Of a DNA stretch of 64,000 nt, positions 18,888 to 28,344 are shown piece by piece. Position 1 is the first letter of the stretch, and the number at the start of each line of letters is the position of its first letter. The position numbers and the translations under genes are program-made. This stretch comes from Paramuribaculum sp. (GTDB lineage Bacteria; Bacteroidota; Bacteroidia; Bacteroidales; Muribaculaceae): the NCBI GenBank assembly GCA_022511125.1, contig JAFLSD010000009.1, positions 5,026-69,025 on the forward strand, written 5' to 3'. Below the pieces are notes generated by a model. The model did no database searches, was not told the origin of the DNA, and worked only from the letters and a program-made list of their open reading frames with translations.

Positions 18888-20352
18888 CTCGTTTCATTAT
18901 TTTATATAGAGTTTCCATATCTATATATTTTCTTAATCTTTCAGCCAAAAGATTATATTGACTCTCTTTTTCTCCTTTAAAATCTTTGACTTCTATTTGT
19001 TTATCAGTCACTCCTTCAAGAAGAAAATTAATTACTGCCCTGTTCTCAAAAAGGCCGTGAATGTAAGTTCCAGCTACAGCCCCATTTTTTACCATACAGC
19101 CATCTGTTTCACCGTTGCTCTTTGTACAAAACGATTGAGAGCTATTGATTATTTCTGATCGACCCATGTGGATTTCATAACCTTCACAATATGAGCTGTT
19201 AACTTTAAATTTTGTCTTTACTGTTATTTTTTTCCCTTCTAACACGGTGCGTACAGGCAACAATCCCATTCCTTCAATGCTCCGTATTTCACCTTCCTGT
19301 TGGTCTGGATCTTCTATCGACAATCCTAACATCTGATATCCACCACAAACGCCCCATATTTTTACACCCTTAGCCGAGGCTTCTTTAATCGCCGACACAA
19401 TTCCATTTTCTTCAAGACTTTTAAGATCTGCTATAGTGGATTTACTTCCCGGTAGTATTATTATGTCTGCCTTTCCAATCTTTTCGATATCAGCGGTGTA
19501 ATATAGATTAATTTCAGGAATCAACTCCAACGGCAAAAAATCTGTATAATTGGATATATGATTTACTTTTACAACAGCTATGTTAATTTTATCCTCTGCA
19601 GGTTCGGTTTTCTTCTCTTTCAAAGCGACAGAATCCTCTTCATCGATTCTGATATCATCAAAAAAGGGTACAACTCCTATAACCGGGATTTTACAGAGCC
19701 GTTCCATCATCTTTTTCCCTTCGTCAAAAAGCTTCATATCCCCTCTGAATTTATTGACGATCACTCCCTTTATCAACTTTCTATCTTGCTCTTCTTGAAG
19801 CATAATCGACCCATATACCGACGCAAAAACTCCTCCCCTGTCGATATCCGCTACTAAAATAACAGCAGCATCGGCATAACGAGCCATCGACATGTTTACC
19901 AGATCTGTTTCCTTCAAATTAATTTCAGCAATACTTCCAGCGCCTTCCATTACTATCGGATTATATCTTTCGTTTAAACGGTCGAAAGAGGTTCTGACCG
20001 CTTCTTTAAGAATCTCTCTGCCTTCTTTCCGATAAAACTCAAAAGCATTTTTGTTCCCTGTCACGATACCGTTAAGAACAACCTGAGATGTTTTATCGCT
20101 TGAAGGTTTCAACAGAATTGGATTCATATCCGTCGTAGGGCACAATTCGCATGCTTCAGCCTGAACTGCCTGTGCACGTCCTATCTCTTTTCCGTCGGGA
20201 GTAGCTGCGGAATTCAAAGCCATATTCTGTGCTTTAAAAGGAGCCGGTTGAAAGCCATCTTGCAGGAATATCCTACATAATCCTGTAGCCAATATGCTTT
20301 TGCCGACATCACTGCCGGTTCCACCCAACATGATCGGACGCAATTTTTCCAT
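18868..20352 (-). CDS. cbiP: Cobyric acid synthase
   Basis: GTGSDVGKS, PFKAQNMALNS, EIGRAQ, MNPILLKP, EGAGSIAEINL, DIDRGG, GVCGGYQMLG, GTYIHGLF. Confidence 0.95.
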   Translation of the reverse strand: MEKLRPIMLGGTGSDVGKSILATGLCRIFLQDGFQPAPFKAQNMALNSAATPDGKEIGRAQAVQAEACELCPTTDMNPILLKPSSDKTSQVVLNGIVTGNKNAFEFYRKEGREILKEAVRTSFDRLNERYNPIVMEGAGSIAEINLKETDLVNMSMARYADAAVILVADIDRGGVFASVYGSIMLQEEQDRKLIKGVIVNKFRGDMKLFDEGKKMMERLCKIPVIGVVPFFDDIRIDEEDSVALKEKKTEPAEDKINIAVVKVNHISNYTDFLPLELIPEINLYYTADIEKIGKADIIILPGSKSTIADLKSLEENGIVSAIKEASAKGVKIWGVCGGYQMLGLSIEDPDQQEGEIRSIEGMGLLPVRTVLEGKKITVKTKFKVNSSYCEGYEIHMGRSEIINSSQSFCTKSNGETDGCMVKNGAVAGTYIHGLFENRAVINFLLEGVTDKQIEVKDFKGEKESQYNLLAERLRKYIDMETLYKIMKRDDRGTR

Positions 20353-20370
20353 CTTTCTCAAATTTGAATA

Positions 20371-20378
20371 CAAAGTTA
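20371..20378 (-). promoter_or_regulatory. -7 promoter box (TAACTTTG) for cbiP-cobD-cbiB
   Basis: Plus-strand caaagtta, 18 nt upstream of the ATG at 20352. Confidence 0.65.
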
Positions 20379-20428
20379 CTCATAGTTAATTTTTTTACAA
20401 ATTTCTTGGTTATGTTAAAAATCAGTTT

Positions 20429-20436
20429 TACTTTTG
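20429..20436 (+). promoter_or_regulatory. -7 promoter box (TACTTTTG) for rho
   Basis: Consensus match that implies a leader of about 150 nt before the ATG at 20591. Confidence 0.55.
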
Positions 20437-20590
20437 TAGAGAATTTCAACTATTCCTCCTCTCCCCTTTCAAATTTCCATTTTAAATTTTGATTTGACAA
20501 TATCCCCTTTTTAATATTTTTGAATGATTGCGGTCATTGATAATGAAATGACTATTAAATCATTAATACTATCATTTTTAACATTCTAAA

Positions 20591-22663
20591 ATGTATAATT
20601 ACTTTGAACTCGAACAGAAACCGGAACAAGAGCTAAAAGAGATAGCTAAATCTATGGGGCTGAAAAAAGCTGATTCCGAATCTGCAACAAATCTGATTAA
20701 TTTCATTCTTGATCAACAGGCTATTGATTTTGCCGCGAATGCTTCTGAGCAAAGGAAACAAAAAGCACGGCAGCCTAAAAATAAGAAAGGCGATAACAAA
20801 CTGGAAGAAAAAAAGGCAGAAACAATCGTCGAAAACACACCGTCTCAAAAGAAACGGGGCAGGAAACCGAAATCGGCTGATGACTCTAAAACGCAAAAGG
20901 AAACTAATACAGCTGATACGGAATCAACTGTAAAAGAAGAATCTGTTGAAAATAGTTTACCGACAAATAACAAACGAGGTAAACAAAAATCGGCTAAACA
21001 ACAGAAAATAAATGAACCTGAAGACAAGCCTTCAGAAATAGAGAGCATAACGGAAGAACAAGCTGCGACGGAACCAATGTCTTTAAGCGATGAAATGACT
21101 TTGCTTACACCTCTTTCACAAAGCGAAGATACATCTTCCATTGAAGAACCTAAACAAAATGATGCTCCTGTGGCGTCAAATGACTCGCCTGACTTAATTG
21201 AAACCAATGACAATCCTTCGATTAAGGAAAACGTCAACACAACAGACAACAAACACAATAATTTCCGCCCAAGAAGCAACGACGGGTTCGGAGCCTTTTT
21301 CCCAACCGGAGGAGGACGCAAGTTCGTACCTCGTTCTCAGAAAGAAAAAGAAGAGGCTGCTGCAGCCGCTGCAATAGCTGCGGAAACTGCTCCAATCACC
21401 GTTGCCGAACCTTGGCACGACCAACAGGCTCAACAAGGGCAGAACAGACAACAAAAAAATAAAAAGCAAAAAAACAGGAATAACCAGAACCAACAGCAAC
21501 AGAACCAACAGCAACAATTCACGCCTCAGATACCTCAATATAATTTCGACGGTATTCTGCGCGCTTCGGGTGTACTTGAAATCGTACCTGAAGGCGGAGG
21601 ATTTCTTCGGTCAAGCGACTATAACTATTTGCCTTCTCCCGATGACATCTATGTAACACAACATCAGATAAAGGCTTTCGGACTCAAAACTGGTGATGTC
21701 GTGGAGGCTACCATCAGACCACCTAAAGAAAACGACAAATATTTTTCAATGACCAATGTGCTCGGTGTCAATGGACGATCTCCCGAATTCATTCGCGACA
21801 GGGTTCCTTTTGAGACACTCACACCTTTATTCCCCGATGAAAAATTCAATCTTACTGGAGGCAAATCAAGCAATCTGTCTACGAGAGTAGTAGATATGTT
21901 CTCACCCATCGGTAAAGGACAGCGAGGTCTTATTGTGGCTCCTCCGAAGACTGGTAAGACTATCCTGTTGAAAGACATTGCCAACGCTATTGCCGAAAAT
22001 CATCCTGAAACGTATATAATGATACTTCTCATCGATGAACGTCCGGAGGAAGTTACCGACATGAGCCGAAGCGTTAATGCTGAGGTCATCGCATCAACTT
22101 TCGACGAACCGGCCGACCGTCACGTCAAGATTGCGGGAATTGTTCTTGAAAAAGCAAAACGGCTCGTCGAATCTGGTCATGATGTCGTTATACTTCTTGA
22201 TTCAATCACTCGACTGGCCAGAGCATATAACACTGTTTCCCCGGCATCCGGTAAAATTCTTTCTGGTGGTGTAGATGCAAATGCGCTTCAGAAGCCTAAA
22301 CGATTCTTCGGCGCAGCGCGTAACATCGAGAACGGAGGGTCGCTTACAATAATAGCCACTGCACTTACAGAGACAAGCTCTAAGATGGACGAGGTGATTT
22401 TCGAGGAATTCAAAGGTACGGGAAATATGGAGCTTCAGCTCGATCGGAAATTGTCCAATAAACGTATTTTCCCCGCCGTGGATATCATGGCATCCAGCAC
22501 CCGACGTGATGATCTGCTCTTACGCACAGAAACACTCAACCGTATGTGGATTTTACGACGGTTCCTATCCGACAGGAATAGCATAGAAGCAATGGAGTTC
22601 ATCAAAGATCAGATGGAACGTACCACCGACAATGATGAACTACTCCGTACAATGGGACAATAA
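20591..22663 (+). CDS. rho: Transcription termination factor Rho with long N-terminal disordered insertion
   Basis: [75 protein letters not shown]. Confidence 0.97.
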   Translation: MYNYFELEQKPEQELKEIAKSMGLKKADSESATNLINFILDQQAIDFAANASEQRKQKARQPKNKKGDNKLEEKKAETIVENTPSQKKRGRKPKSADDSKTQKETNTADTESTVKEESVENSLPTNNKRGKQKSAKQQKINEPEDKPSEIESITEEQAATEPMSLSDEMTLLTPLSQSEDTSSIEEPKQNDAPVASNDSPDLIETNDNPSIKENVNTTDNKHNNFRPRSNDGFGAFFPTGGGRKFVPRSQKEKEEAAAAAAIAAETAPITVAEPWHDQQAQQGQNRQQKNKKQKNRNNQNQQQQNQQQQFTPQIPQYNFDGILRASGVLEIVPEGGGFLRSSDYNYLPSPDDIYVTQHQIKAFGLKTGDVVEATIRPPKENDKYFSMTNVLGVNGRSPEFIRDRVPFETLTPLFPDEKFNLTGGKSSNLSTRVVDMFSPIGKGQRGLIVAPPKTGKTILLKDIANAIAENHPETYIMILLIDERPEEVTDMSRSVNAEVIASTFDEPADRHVKIAGIVLEKAKRLVESGHDVVILLDSITRLARAYNTVSPASGKILSGGVDANALQKPKRFFGAARNIENGGSLTIIATALTETSSKMDEVIFEEFKGTGNMELQLDRKLSNKRIFPAVDIMASSTRRDDLLLRTETLNRMWILRRFLSDRNSIEAMEFIKDQMERTTDNDELLRTMGQ
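21485..21514 (+). repeat. 15-bp tandem repeat x2 (cagaaccaacagcaa) encoding [10 protein letters not shown] in Rho
   Basis: Exact duplicate at 21485-21499 and 21500-21514. Confidence 0.85.
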
Positions 22664-22668
22664 TCAGA

Positions 22669-22905
22669 CTACTGTTCGGCGTAAGCTTTTACAGTAGGAC
22701 TTTCCACATCGACACCAAATTCTTTTGCTCGTGCGAGTATTGCTCGTGCGAGTTTTGGTTTTAAGTCCTCGGGACAATAACGGAAATATGCTTCGGCTGC
22801 TCTTACATGCGCTGCGTCGGGCATTGGGTATTCTCTACGTTCTGGAAGGCCGAAAACACTATCCGGTAATTCCTTTTTCTCTTCATAAGACAAACGGTCA
22901 CTCAT
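22669..22905 (-). CDS. 78-aa hypothetical protein resembling the DUF6582-type domain
   Basis: LSYEEKKELPDSVFGLPERREYPMPDAAHVRAA...ILARAKEFGVDV pattern. ATG at 22905 follows an AT-rich leader. Confidence 0.7.
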   Translation of the reverse strand: MSDRLSYEEKKELPDSVFGLPERREYPMPDAAHVRAAEAYFRYCPEDLKPKLARAILARAKEFGVDVESPTVKAYAEQ

Positions 22906-22971
22906 AATATTTTTGTTTTTGTTTATTATATTAACGTTCATTCTCCTCGCTTTGTTTAGTTTCTTTTTTAT

Positions 22972-22979
22972 TAACTTTG
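22972..22979 (+). promoter_or_regulatory. -7 promoter box (TAACTTTG) for ybaK-aroC-radical SAM
   Basis: Consensus match 8 nt before the ATG at 22988. Confidence 0.6.
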
Positions 22980-22987
22980 CAAACGAT

Positions 22988-23470
22988 ATGAATAAGATTT
23001 TGAAAACCAATGCGGCAAGATTGCTTGACAAAGCAAAGATTCCTTACCATCTGGTTCCCTATGAAGTAGATGAAAATAATCTTGCAGCTGGACATGTGGC
23101 CGAATCTTTAGGCGAAGATATTAACACTGTTTTCAAGACTATAGTGCTCCGTGGTGACAAAAACGGTCATTTTGTTTGTGTTATACCTGGAAATGCTGAA
23201 ATTGATCTTAAAAAGGCCGCTAAAGTATCGGGCAACAAAAAAGCTGAATTGATTCCAATGAAAGAACTGCTTCCGCTGACCGGTTATATACGGGGAGGAT
23301 GCTCTCCAATAGGTATGAAAAAGAAATTTCCTGTTTTTATCCATCTGTCTTCATTGGATCATGATCTTATTTTCATTAGTGCCGGGCAACGTGGCCTGCA
23401 ATTCTCTATAAATCCTCAAAATCTAATTAATTATATACAGGCCGGTGTGGAAGACCTTACGGCTGAATAA
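22988..23470 (+). CDS. ybaK: Cys-tRNA(Pro) deacylase
   Basis: KTNAARLLDK.KIPY, VFKTIV, TGYIRGGCSPIGMKK, SAGQRG. Confidence 0.93.
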   Translation: MNKILKTNAARLLDKAKIPYHLVPYEVDENNLAAGHVAESLGEDINTVFKTIVLRGDKNGHFVCVIPGNAEIDLKKAAKVSGNKKAELIPMKELLPLTGYIRGGCSPIGMKKKFPVFIHLSSLDHDLIFISAGQRGLQFSINPQNLINYIQAGVEDLTAE

Positions 23471-23484
23471 ATTAAAATAACAAA

Positions 23485-24561
23485 ATGAATACGTTTGGAC
23501 AACTATATCGGCTTACATCATTCGGGGAATCCCACGGGCCAGCTATTGGAGGAATTATCGACGGAATGCCGGCAGGCATTCCTATCGATCTACACAAACT
23601 TCAAATTGAGCTTGACCGACGCCGACCTGGTCAATCAGAATTGGTAACGGCACGCCAAGAAACCGATAAGGTTGAAATTCTTTCAGGATTCTTCGATGGC
23701 AAAACATTAGGCACTCCTATAGCCTTTATTGTTAGGAATGAAGATCACAATTCAACCGATTATTCTGAAATCGAGAAAGTTTATAGGCCTTCACATGCCG
23801 ACTATACTTATTCGGCTAAATACGGATTGCGTGACTATCGTGGAGGAGGACGCTCGTCTGCAAGGGAAACGATATCAAGGGTCGTAGCCGGAGCTTTCGC
23901 CAAACAAGCACTTGAAGGATTTGGCATCGACATTAAAGCTTTCACATCCCAAGTTGGCGAAATAGCTTTGACCGGAACTTACCGTGATTATGACCTTTCT
24001 TTGATTGATTCCAATCCTGTCAGATGTCCTGATCCGGCTGTTGCGAATCAAATGAAGGATCTCATTCTGAATATTAAATCAGCCGGAGATACTGTTGGAG
24101 GTATCATAACTTGTGTTATAACAGGATGTCCTGTCGGACTGGGGGATCCTGTATTCGGGAAATTAAGTTCCAGTCTGGCGTCGGCAATGATGAGCATAAA
24201 TGCAGCAAAAGGCTTCGATTATGGTCTCGGATTTTCTGAAATACACAAAAAAGGTTCTGAAGTTATCGATAATTTCTTTTCCTCGGACGATGGCTGTATT
24301 TCGGTTAAAACTAATCATTCAGGAGGAATTCAAGGAGGAATTTCGAACGGAGCCGATATATATTTCAGGGTCGCTTTCAAACCTGTGGCCACCTTATTAC
24401 AGCCAGTTGAAACTGTCGATGTCGAAGGAAAACCGACCACACTTCGTGCTAAAGGTCGTCATGATCCTTGTGTGTTGCCTCGTGCTGTCCCCGTTGTTGA
24501 GGCTATGGCTGCTATGGTTATATTTGATTCCTTGCTTCTCATGCGAACCAACAGGTTATGA
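23485..24561 (+). CDS. aroC: Chorismate synthase
   Basis: [51 protein letters not shown]. Confidence 0.97.
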   Translation: MNTFGQLYRLTSFGESHGPAIGGIIDGMPAGIPIDLHKLQIELDRRRPGQSELVTARQETDKVEILSGFFDGKTLGTPIAFIVRNEDHNSTDYSEIEKVYRPSHADYTYSAKYGLRDYRGGGRSSARETISRVVAGAFAKQALEGFGIDIKAFTSQVGEIALTGTYRDYDLSLIDSNPVRCPDPAVANQMKDLILNIKSAGDTVGGIITCVITGCPVGLGDPVFGKLSSSLASAMMSINAAKGFDYGLGFSEIHKKGSEVIDNFFSSDDGCISVKTNHSGGIQGGISNGADIYFRVAFKPVATLLQPVETVDVEGKPTTLRAKGRHDPCVLPRAVPVVEAMAAMVIFDSLLLMRTNRL

Positions 24562-25469
24562 ACAAAGCCTTAGGGTCAAAACCATATCGTGACTTCGCTG
24601 ATTTCATAAGCGGATTTTTTAAAGGCAAAATCCAGAAAATATCGGTAAATGCAGCTTTAGGATGTCCTAATCGCGATGGAACGATAGGCACGGGGGGATG
24701 TACATATTGTAATAACGCAGCGTTCAGTCCGGCTTATACACAGTCGTTGCGCCCTATTGCGACTCAACTTGAAGAAGGGAAAAGTTTCTTCCGACGAAAA
24801 TACCCGGTTATGAAATTTCTTTGCTATTCCCAGTCTTATACCGGAACTCATGGCACGATTGAAAAGCTTATTCCTCTTTATAAACAGGCTCTTTCTGTTA
24901 AAGATGTGGAAGGACTTATAATTGCCACTCGCCCTGATTGCGTTCCCGACCAACTGATGGATGAATTAAAGAAACTGTCCATGCATAAGTTCATCATGTT
25001 TGAATTCGGAGCAGAGTCTTCTCACGACTCCACTCTTCTACGGATAAACAGATGTCATACGTGGCAAGACACTTGCGACGCTGTATTAAGAGTGAAAAAC
25101 GAAGGTTTCCCGGTTGGATTACATTTGATCAATGGATTGCCCGGAGAAGATGAGAGTATGATTCTGGAAACGGTCAGAAAAGTCAACACCCTTCCTATCG
25201 ACATAGTCAAATTCCATCAACTTCAGGTAATCAGAAACACACGACTACATCAAGACCTATTAAAAGGGTTATACACTGTTCCAATCTGGAATGTAAATGA
25301 ATATATAGCCTTATGTTGTAAGATAATAAGACTATTACGTAAAGACATAGCTATAGAACGTTTCGTTTCGCAATCCCCTGACGAATTACTCGTTTCTCCA
25401 CGTTGGGGGCTAAAAAATTATGAGTTTACACATCTACTTCATAAAAGTCTATCGGAATCAATTCTCTGA
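24558..25469 (+). CDS. TIGR01212 (YhcC-like) radical SAM protein
   Basis: [15 protein letters not shown] cluster motif, [31 protein letters not shown]. Confidence 0.9.
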   Translation: MNKALGSKPYRDFADFISGFFKGKIQKISVNAALGCPNRDGTIGTGGCTYCNNAAFSPAYTQSLRPIATQLEEGKSFFRRKYPVMKFLCYSQSYTGTHGTIEKLIPLYKQALSVKDVEGLIIATRPDCVPDQLMDELKKLSMHKFIMFEFGAESSHDSTLLRINRCHTWQDTCDAVLRVKNEGFPVGLHLINGLPGEDESMILETVRKVNTLPIDIVKFHQLQVIRNTRLHQDLLKGLYTVPIWNVNEYIALCCKIIRLLRKDIAIERFVSQSPDELLVSPRWGLKNYEFTHLLHKSLSESIL

Positions 25470-25574
25470 CTCATTTTAAGGCTTTTGATAAAACTTAAAA
25501 ATTCATTTCATACATCCGGAAATACATTTTATACAACTCTCCCAAAAAAGCGTTTAGTTTCGGAAATACGGCAT

Positions 25575-25582
25575 TAATTTTG
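25575..25582 (+). promoter_or_regulatory. -7 promoter box (TAATTTTG) for the vWA gene
   Basis: Consensus match about 66 nt before the ATG at 25649. Confidence 0.55.
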
Positions 25583-25648
25583 TCATATCTCAAAAGTGAC
25601 AGGCCTGTGATCACTATCATAATTCAACCTCTAATTGATATTATTTTT

Positions 25649-26299
25649 ATGAAACAAATCAACACCGAATCCGAAATTAAAAACGTTTATAATCTTATTA
25701 TTCTTGACGAAAGTGGTTCCATGCATTCGATATATATGCCGGCTTTGTCTGGGGTGAACGAGACTTTGCAAACTATAAGAACAGCAAACAAGGAGCATAA
25801 AGATCAACGCCATTTCGTTTCCCTCGTCACTTTTAACACAGAATCATATAACGTCATATATAAAACTGCTCTCGCTGAAAAGACCTCCGATATCACGAAT
25901 AAACAATATTGTCCTAATGGAGGTACACCTCTTTATGATGCTATGGCTAAATCTATAAATGACCTTCGATCTGTCGTCTCTGAAAACGACATGGTGCTCG
26001 TAACCATTATCACAGACGGATATGAAAATGCATCAAGAGAATATAATGGAAAAGCTATTAAAGTTCTTGTTGAAAACATGAAAAACATCGGTTGGGTTTT
26101 CACATATATAGGCGCAAATCAGGATGTTGAAGCTGTTGCTTCGAGCTTATCCATCAACAATCATCTTCATTTTGATGCTGATCTTGAAGGAACACGGGAA
26201 ATGTTTGCGAAGGAATCCAAGTCCCGAAAATCTTTCTTCTCAAGAATCAGCTTGAATCTCTCGCACGACAAGTTAGCAGATAATTATTTTGAAGACTGA
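25649..26299 (+). CDS. Stand-alone von Willebrand factor A (vWA) domain protein
   Basis: Complete MIDAS: ILDESGSM, GGTPLYDA, ITDGYENAS. No signal peptide. Confidence 0.9.
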   Translation: MKQINTESEIKNVYNLIILDESGSMHSIYMPALSGVNETLQTIRTANKEHKDQRHFVSLVTFNTESYNVIYKTALAEKTSDITNKQYCPNGGTPLYDAMAKSINDLRSVVSENDMVLVTIITDGYENASREYNGKAIKVLVENMKNIGWVFTYIGANQDVEAVASSLSINNHLHFDADLEGTREMFAKESKSRKSFFSRISLNLSHDKLADNYFED

Positions 26300-26308
26300 T
26301 TAACTTTC

Positions 26309-26349
26309 TATTCGGAACAGGTGTTTTCTCAAATCACCTGTTCTGAATA
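26309..26349. other. Long stem-loop downstream of vWA (15-bp stem with one G-U pair)
   Basis: tattcggaacaggtg (26309-26323), 11-nt loop, cacctgttctgaata (26335-26349). No U-tract follows on either strand. Confidence 0.75.
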
Positions 26350-26365
26350 CTAAAACTACTTTATC

Positions 26366-26762
26366 ATGAAACTTAAATTACTTCCGTTTATCATAATCTC
26401 ATTTATTTTCCTCTGAATTACATCATGCGTTAAAAAGCGATCTACCTTTTTCAGTGTTTATGGATTTAACAATCGGAGCAAAATTTAAAGGAGCGGATTC
26501 CGACATGGATTTCTTAGGATATACCGATGTTGATTCAATCGATTTGGGAAATTATCCAGCCTTGAGGAAATAATTCGCTTATTGTAGTATTTTAGGCGAT
26601 ACTTTAATACAAGATCAGACTTTTGTCCAATTACCCAATTTTTCCCTCTTTTACATTAATTATCGGTTTAATCTCAATAAAACTGATTCATTCGATATCA
26701 TTGATATGTTCGAAAAATCATTTAATTTTAACGAAAATTTGATCGATCACTCTCACAGTTGA
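26366..26762 (+). pseudogene. Probable disrupted lipoprotein gene (not in ORF track)
   Basis: MKLKLLPFIIISFIFL*ITSC from ATG 26366 looks like a signal peptide II with a lipobox, interrupted by TGA at 26414. The +1 frame is open from 26397 to 26762 apart from one TAA at 26571, and ends overlapping the next start codon (TTGA). Confidence 0.5.
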
Positions 26763-27091
26763 AAAAACCGATAATCATTAAAACTCGAATGGTTCCGAAA
26801 AGATTTACCGTCAATCTTTTCGGGACACTTTGGACGCAATATCCTGAAAGGATTGATGCTAAAATTATAAATCATGAACGTATCCACACCGCTCAAATGA
26901 GAGAACTCTTATTTGTTCCTTTCTATGTACTCTACTTCATAGAATGGTTGGTTCGGCTCATTCAATATCGTAATTGGTTTGAAGCTTATAAGAACATCTC
27001 ATTTGAAAGAGAAGCTTATACTTATGACCATGATTTAAATTATATTGAGCGCCGGTCATTATTTTCATGGATCTCCTGTCTCCGAAGATGA
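26759..27091 (+). CDS. Small HExxH (zincin-like) membrane-associated protein
   Basis: TVNLFG, INHERIHTAQMREL, hydrophobic FYVLYFIEWL, and AYKNISFEREAY (third Zn-ligand Glu candidate). TTG start. Confidence 0.75.
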   Translation: MKKPIIIKTRMVPKRFTVNLFGTLWTQYPERIDAKIINHERIHTAQMRELLFVPFYVLYFIEWLVRLIQYRNWFEAYKNISFEREAYTYDHDLNYIERRSLFSWISCLRR

Positions 27092-28171
27092 TGAGTCGAC
27101 AGTATCGCGCCAATTTCCTAACCAGATTTTAATCCATTTGATAATGATTGTGGTAGCTGGCAACGCTATCACCATACCTAACAGTCCCAATAAAGTCCCC
27201 CAGACCGATAGAGAGAGAAGGATGAGAGCCGGATTCATTCCTAATGCTTTACCCATTATGTGAGGTGTCAGAATAAGATCCGACAGCACTTGCACAACGG
27301 CATATACTGCCAGACATTCCATCCAGATGATCCAAAAATCCATCCCCGTTTCCATCGACTTGAAAACACACATTATCGTTACTGGTATCAGCGAAATATA
27401 AACCATATATGGAATCATATACAGAACCATGTTTAACAGACCTATGACGATAGCCATGGGAATACCTACAATTGTAAAACCTAATGAATAACATATTCCG
27501 ACGATAACGGCTATAAACGCCTGGTTCCTGAAATATTTTTTCATTGTCCATGATGTATCGTTGGCTATGATTGCTACAGTCTGTTTGTATTTTTCAGGTA
27601 TATATTTTTTAAAACCGTTGCGGTATTTGTCGAAATCGAGAAGAATAAAAATAACATAGACCAATGAAACTAACCAGCCCAACACTCCCAAGATTTTATC
27701 TAAACCACTCGTTAGGTTTTTCCATATTTCTTCTAAAGCCTCTGAAATATTTATTTTATCAACGCCCTCGATTATTTTGTCCATGTCTAAATGAGACACG
27801 ATGAAATTATGGATATTTGTCTGGAATACGTTCAGAACTGAATGTCCGTTTTTGGCATATTGATCAAGAATATTAGAGAGTTGAGATAGCTCATTGTCTA
27901 CAATGGGAATCAGTACGATACATAACAAGGTGAATATTATGGCGGCTTCGAGTGTTGTCAGAAGGACTGCACCGGCATGACGTTTTATCCCAAGTTTCTT
28001 CTGATTCCATTTCACCCATGGTTCGATACAGTAAGCTATAAGACATGCCACAAAAAAAGGAAGCAACACATGACGAAGCAGATATAAGAAATAAAGGACT
28101 ATACAAAAAACAACAACCGTGAAAAAGATTCTCACGACTCTGTCAAAAGTAAAAGGACGTTGCGACCACAT
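27065..28171 (-). CDS. AI-2E (PerM/UPF0118) family transporter
   Basis: RPFTFDRVVR, LLPFFVA.LIAY.IEP, YFRNQAFIA, LTPHIMGKALGMNPA, GTLLGLLGMVIALP. Confidence 0.9.
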   Translation of the reverse strand: MWSQRPFTFDRVVRIFFTVVVFCIVLYFLYLLRHVLLPFFVACLIAYCIEPWVKWNQKKLGIKRHAGAVLLTTLEAAIIFTLLCIVLIPIVDNELSQLSNILDQYAKNGHSVLNVFQTNIHNFIVSHLDMDKIIEGVDKINISEALEEIWKNLTSGLDKILGVLGWLVSLVYVIFILLDFDKYRNGFKKYIPEKYKQTVAIIANDTSWTMKKYFRNQAFIAVIVGICYSLGFTIVGIPMAIVIGLLNMVLYMIPYMVYISLIPVTIMCVFKSMETGMDFWIIWMECLAVYAVVQVLSDLILTPHIMGKALGMNPALILLSLSVWGTLLGLLGMVIALPATTIIIKWIKIWLGNWRDTVDSSSSETGDP

Positions 28172-28344
28172 TATGATTTCCTATGATATTAATTGATTCA
28201 TTTATAATACAACAACAGTAACATATATAAAAGTTCAATGATTATTGAGAAAAGAAACATTAACTTTACGAATCCCATATCATTCTTTTAAACAATCACT
28301 CTTTGTCATCTGTTTAAATAATATCAGCAAATCATTTGAAAACT

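Noticed and set aside
20353-20590. Possible cobalamin riboswitch upstream of cbiP (also looked for before vanZ-cbiA and cobU)
   Set aside because: No B12-box or conserved core is visible, the region is very AT-rich, and the -7 boxes sit too close to the start codons.
20845-21538. Antisense ORFs over the Rho low-complexity region (158 aa, 114 aa)
   Set aside because: They are by-products of repetitive Q/K/E codons, which lack stop codons on the reverse strand.
28287-28318. 8-bp IR (tttaaaca/tgtttaaa) upstream of the nitroreductase
   Set aside because: Short and AT-only in character, with no supporting regulator or second copy.
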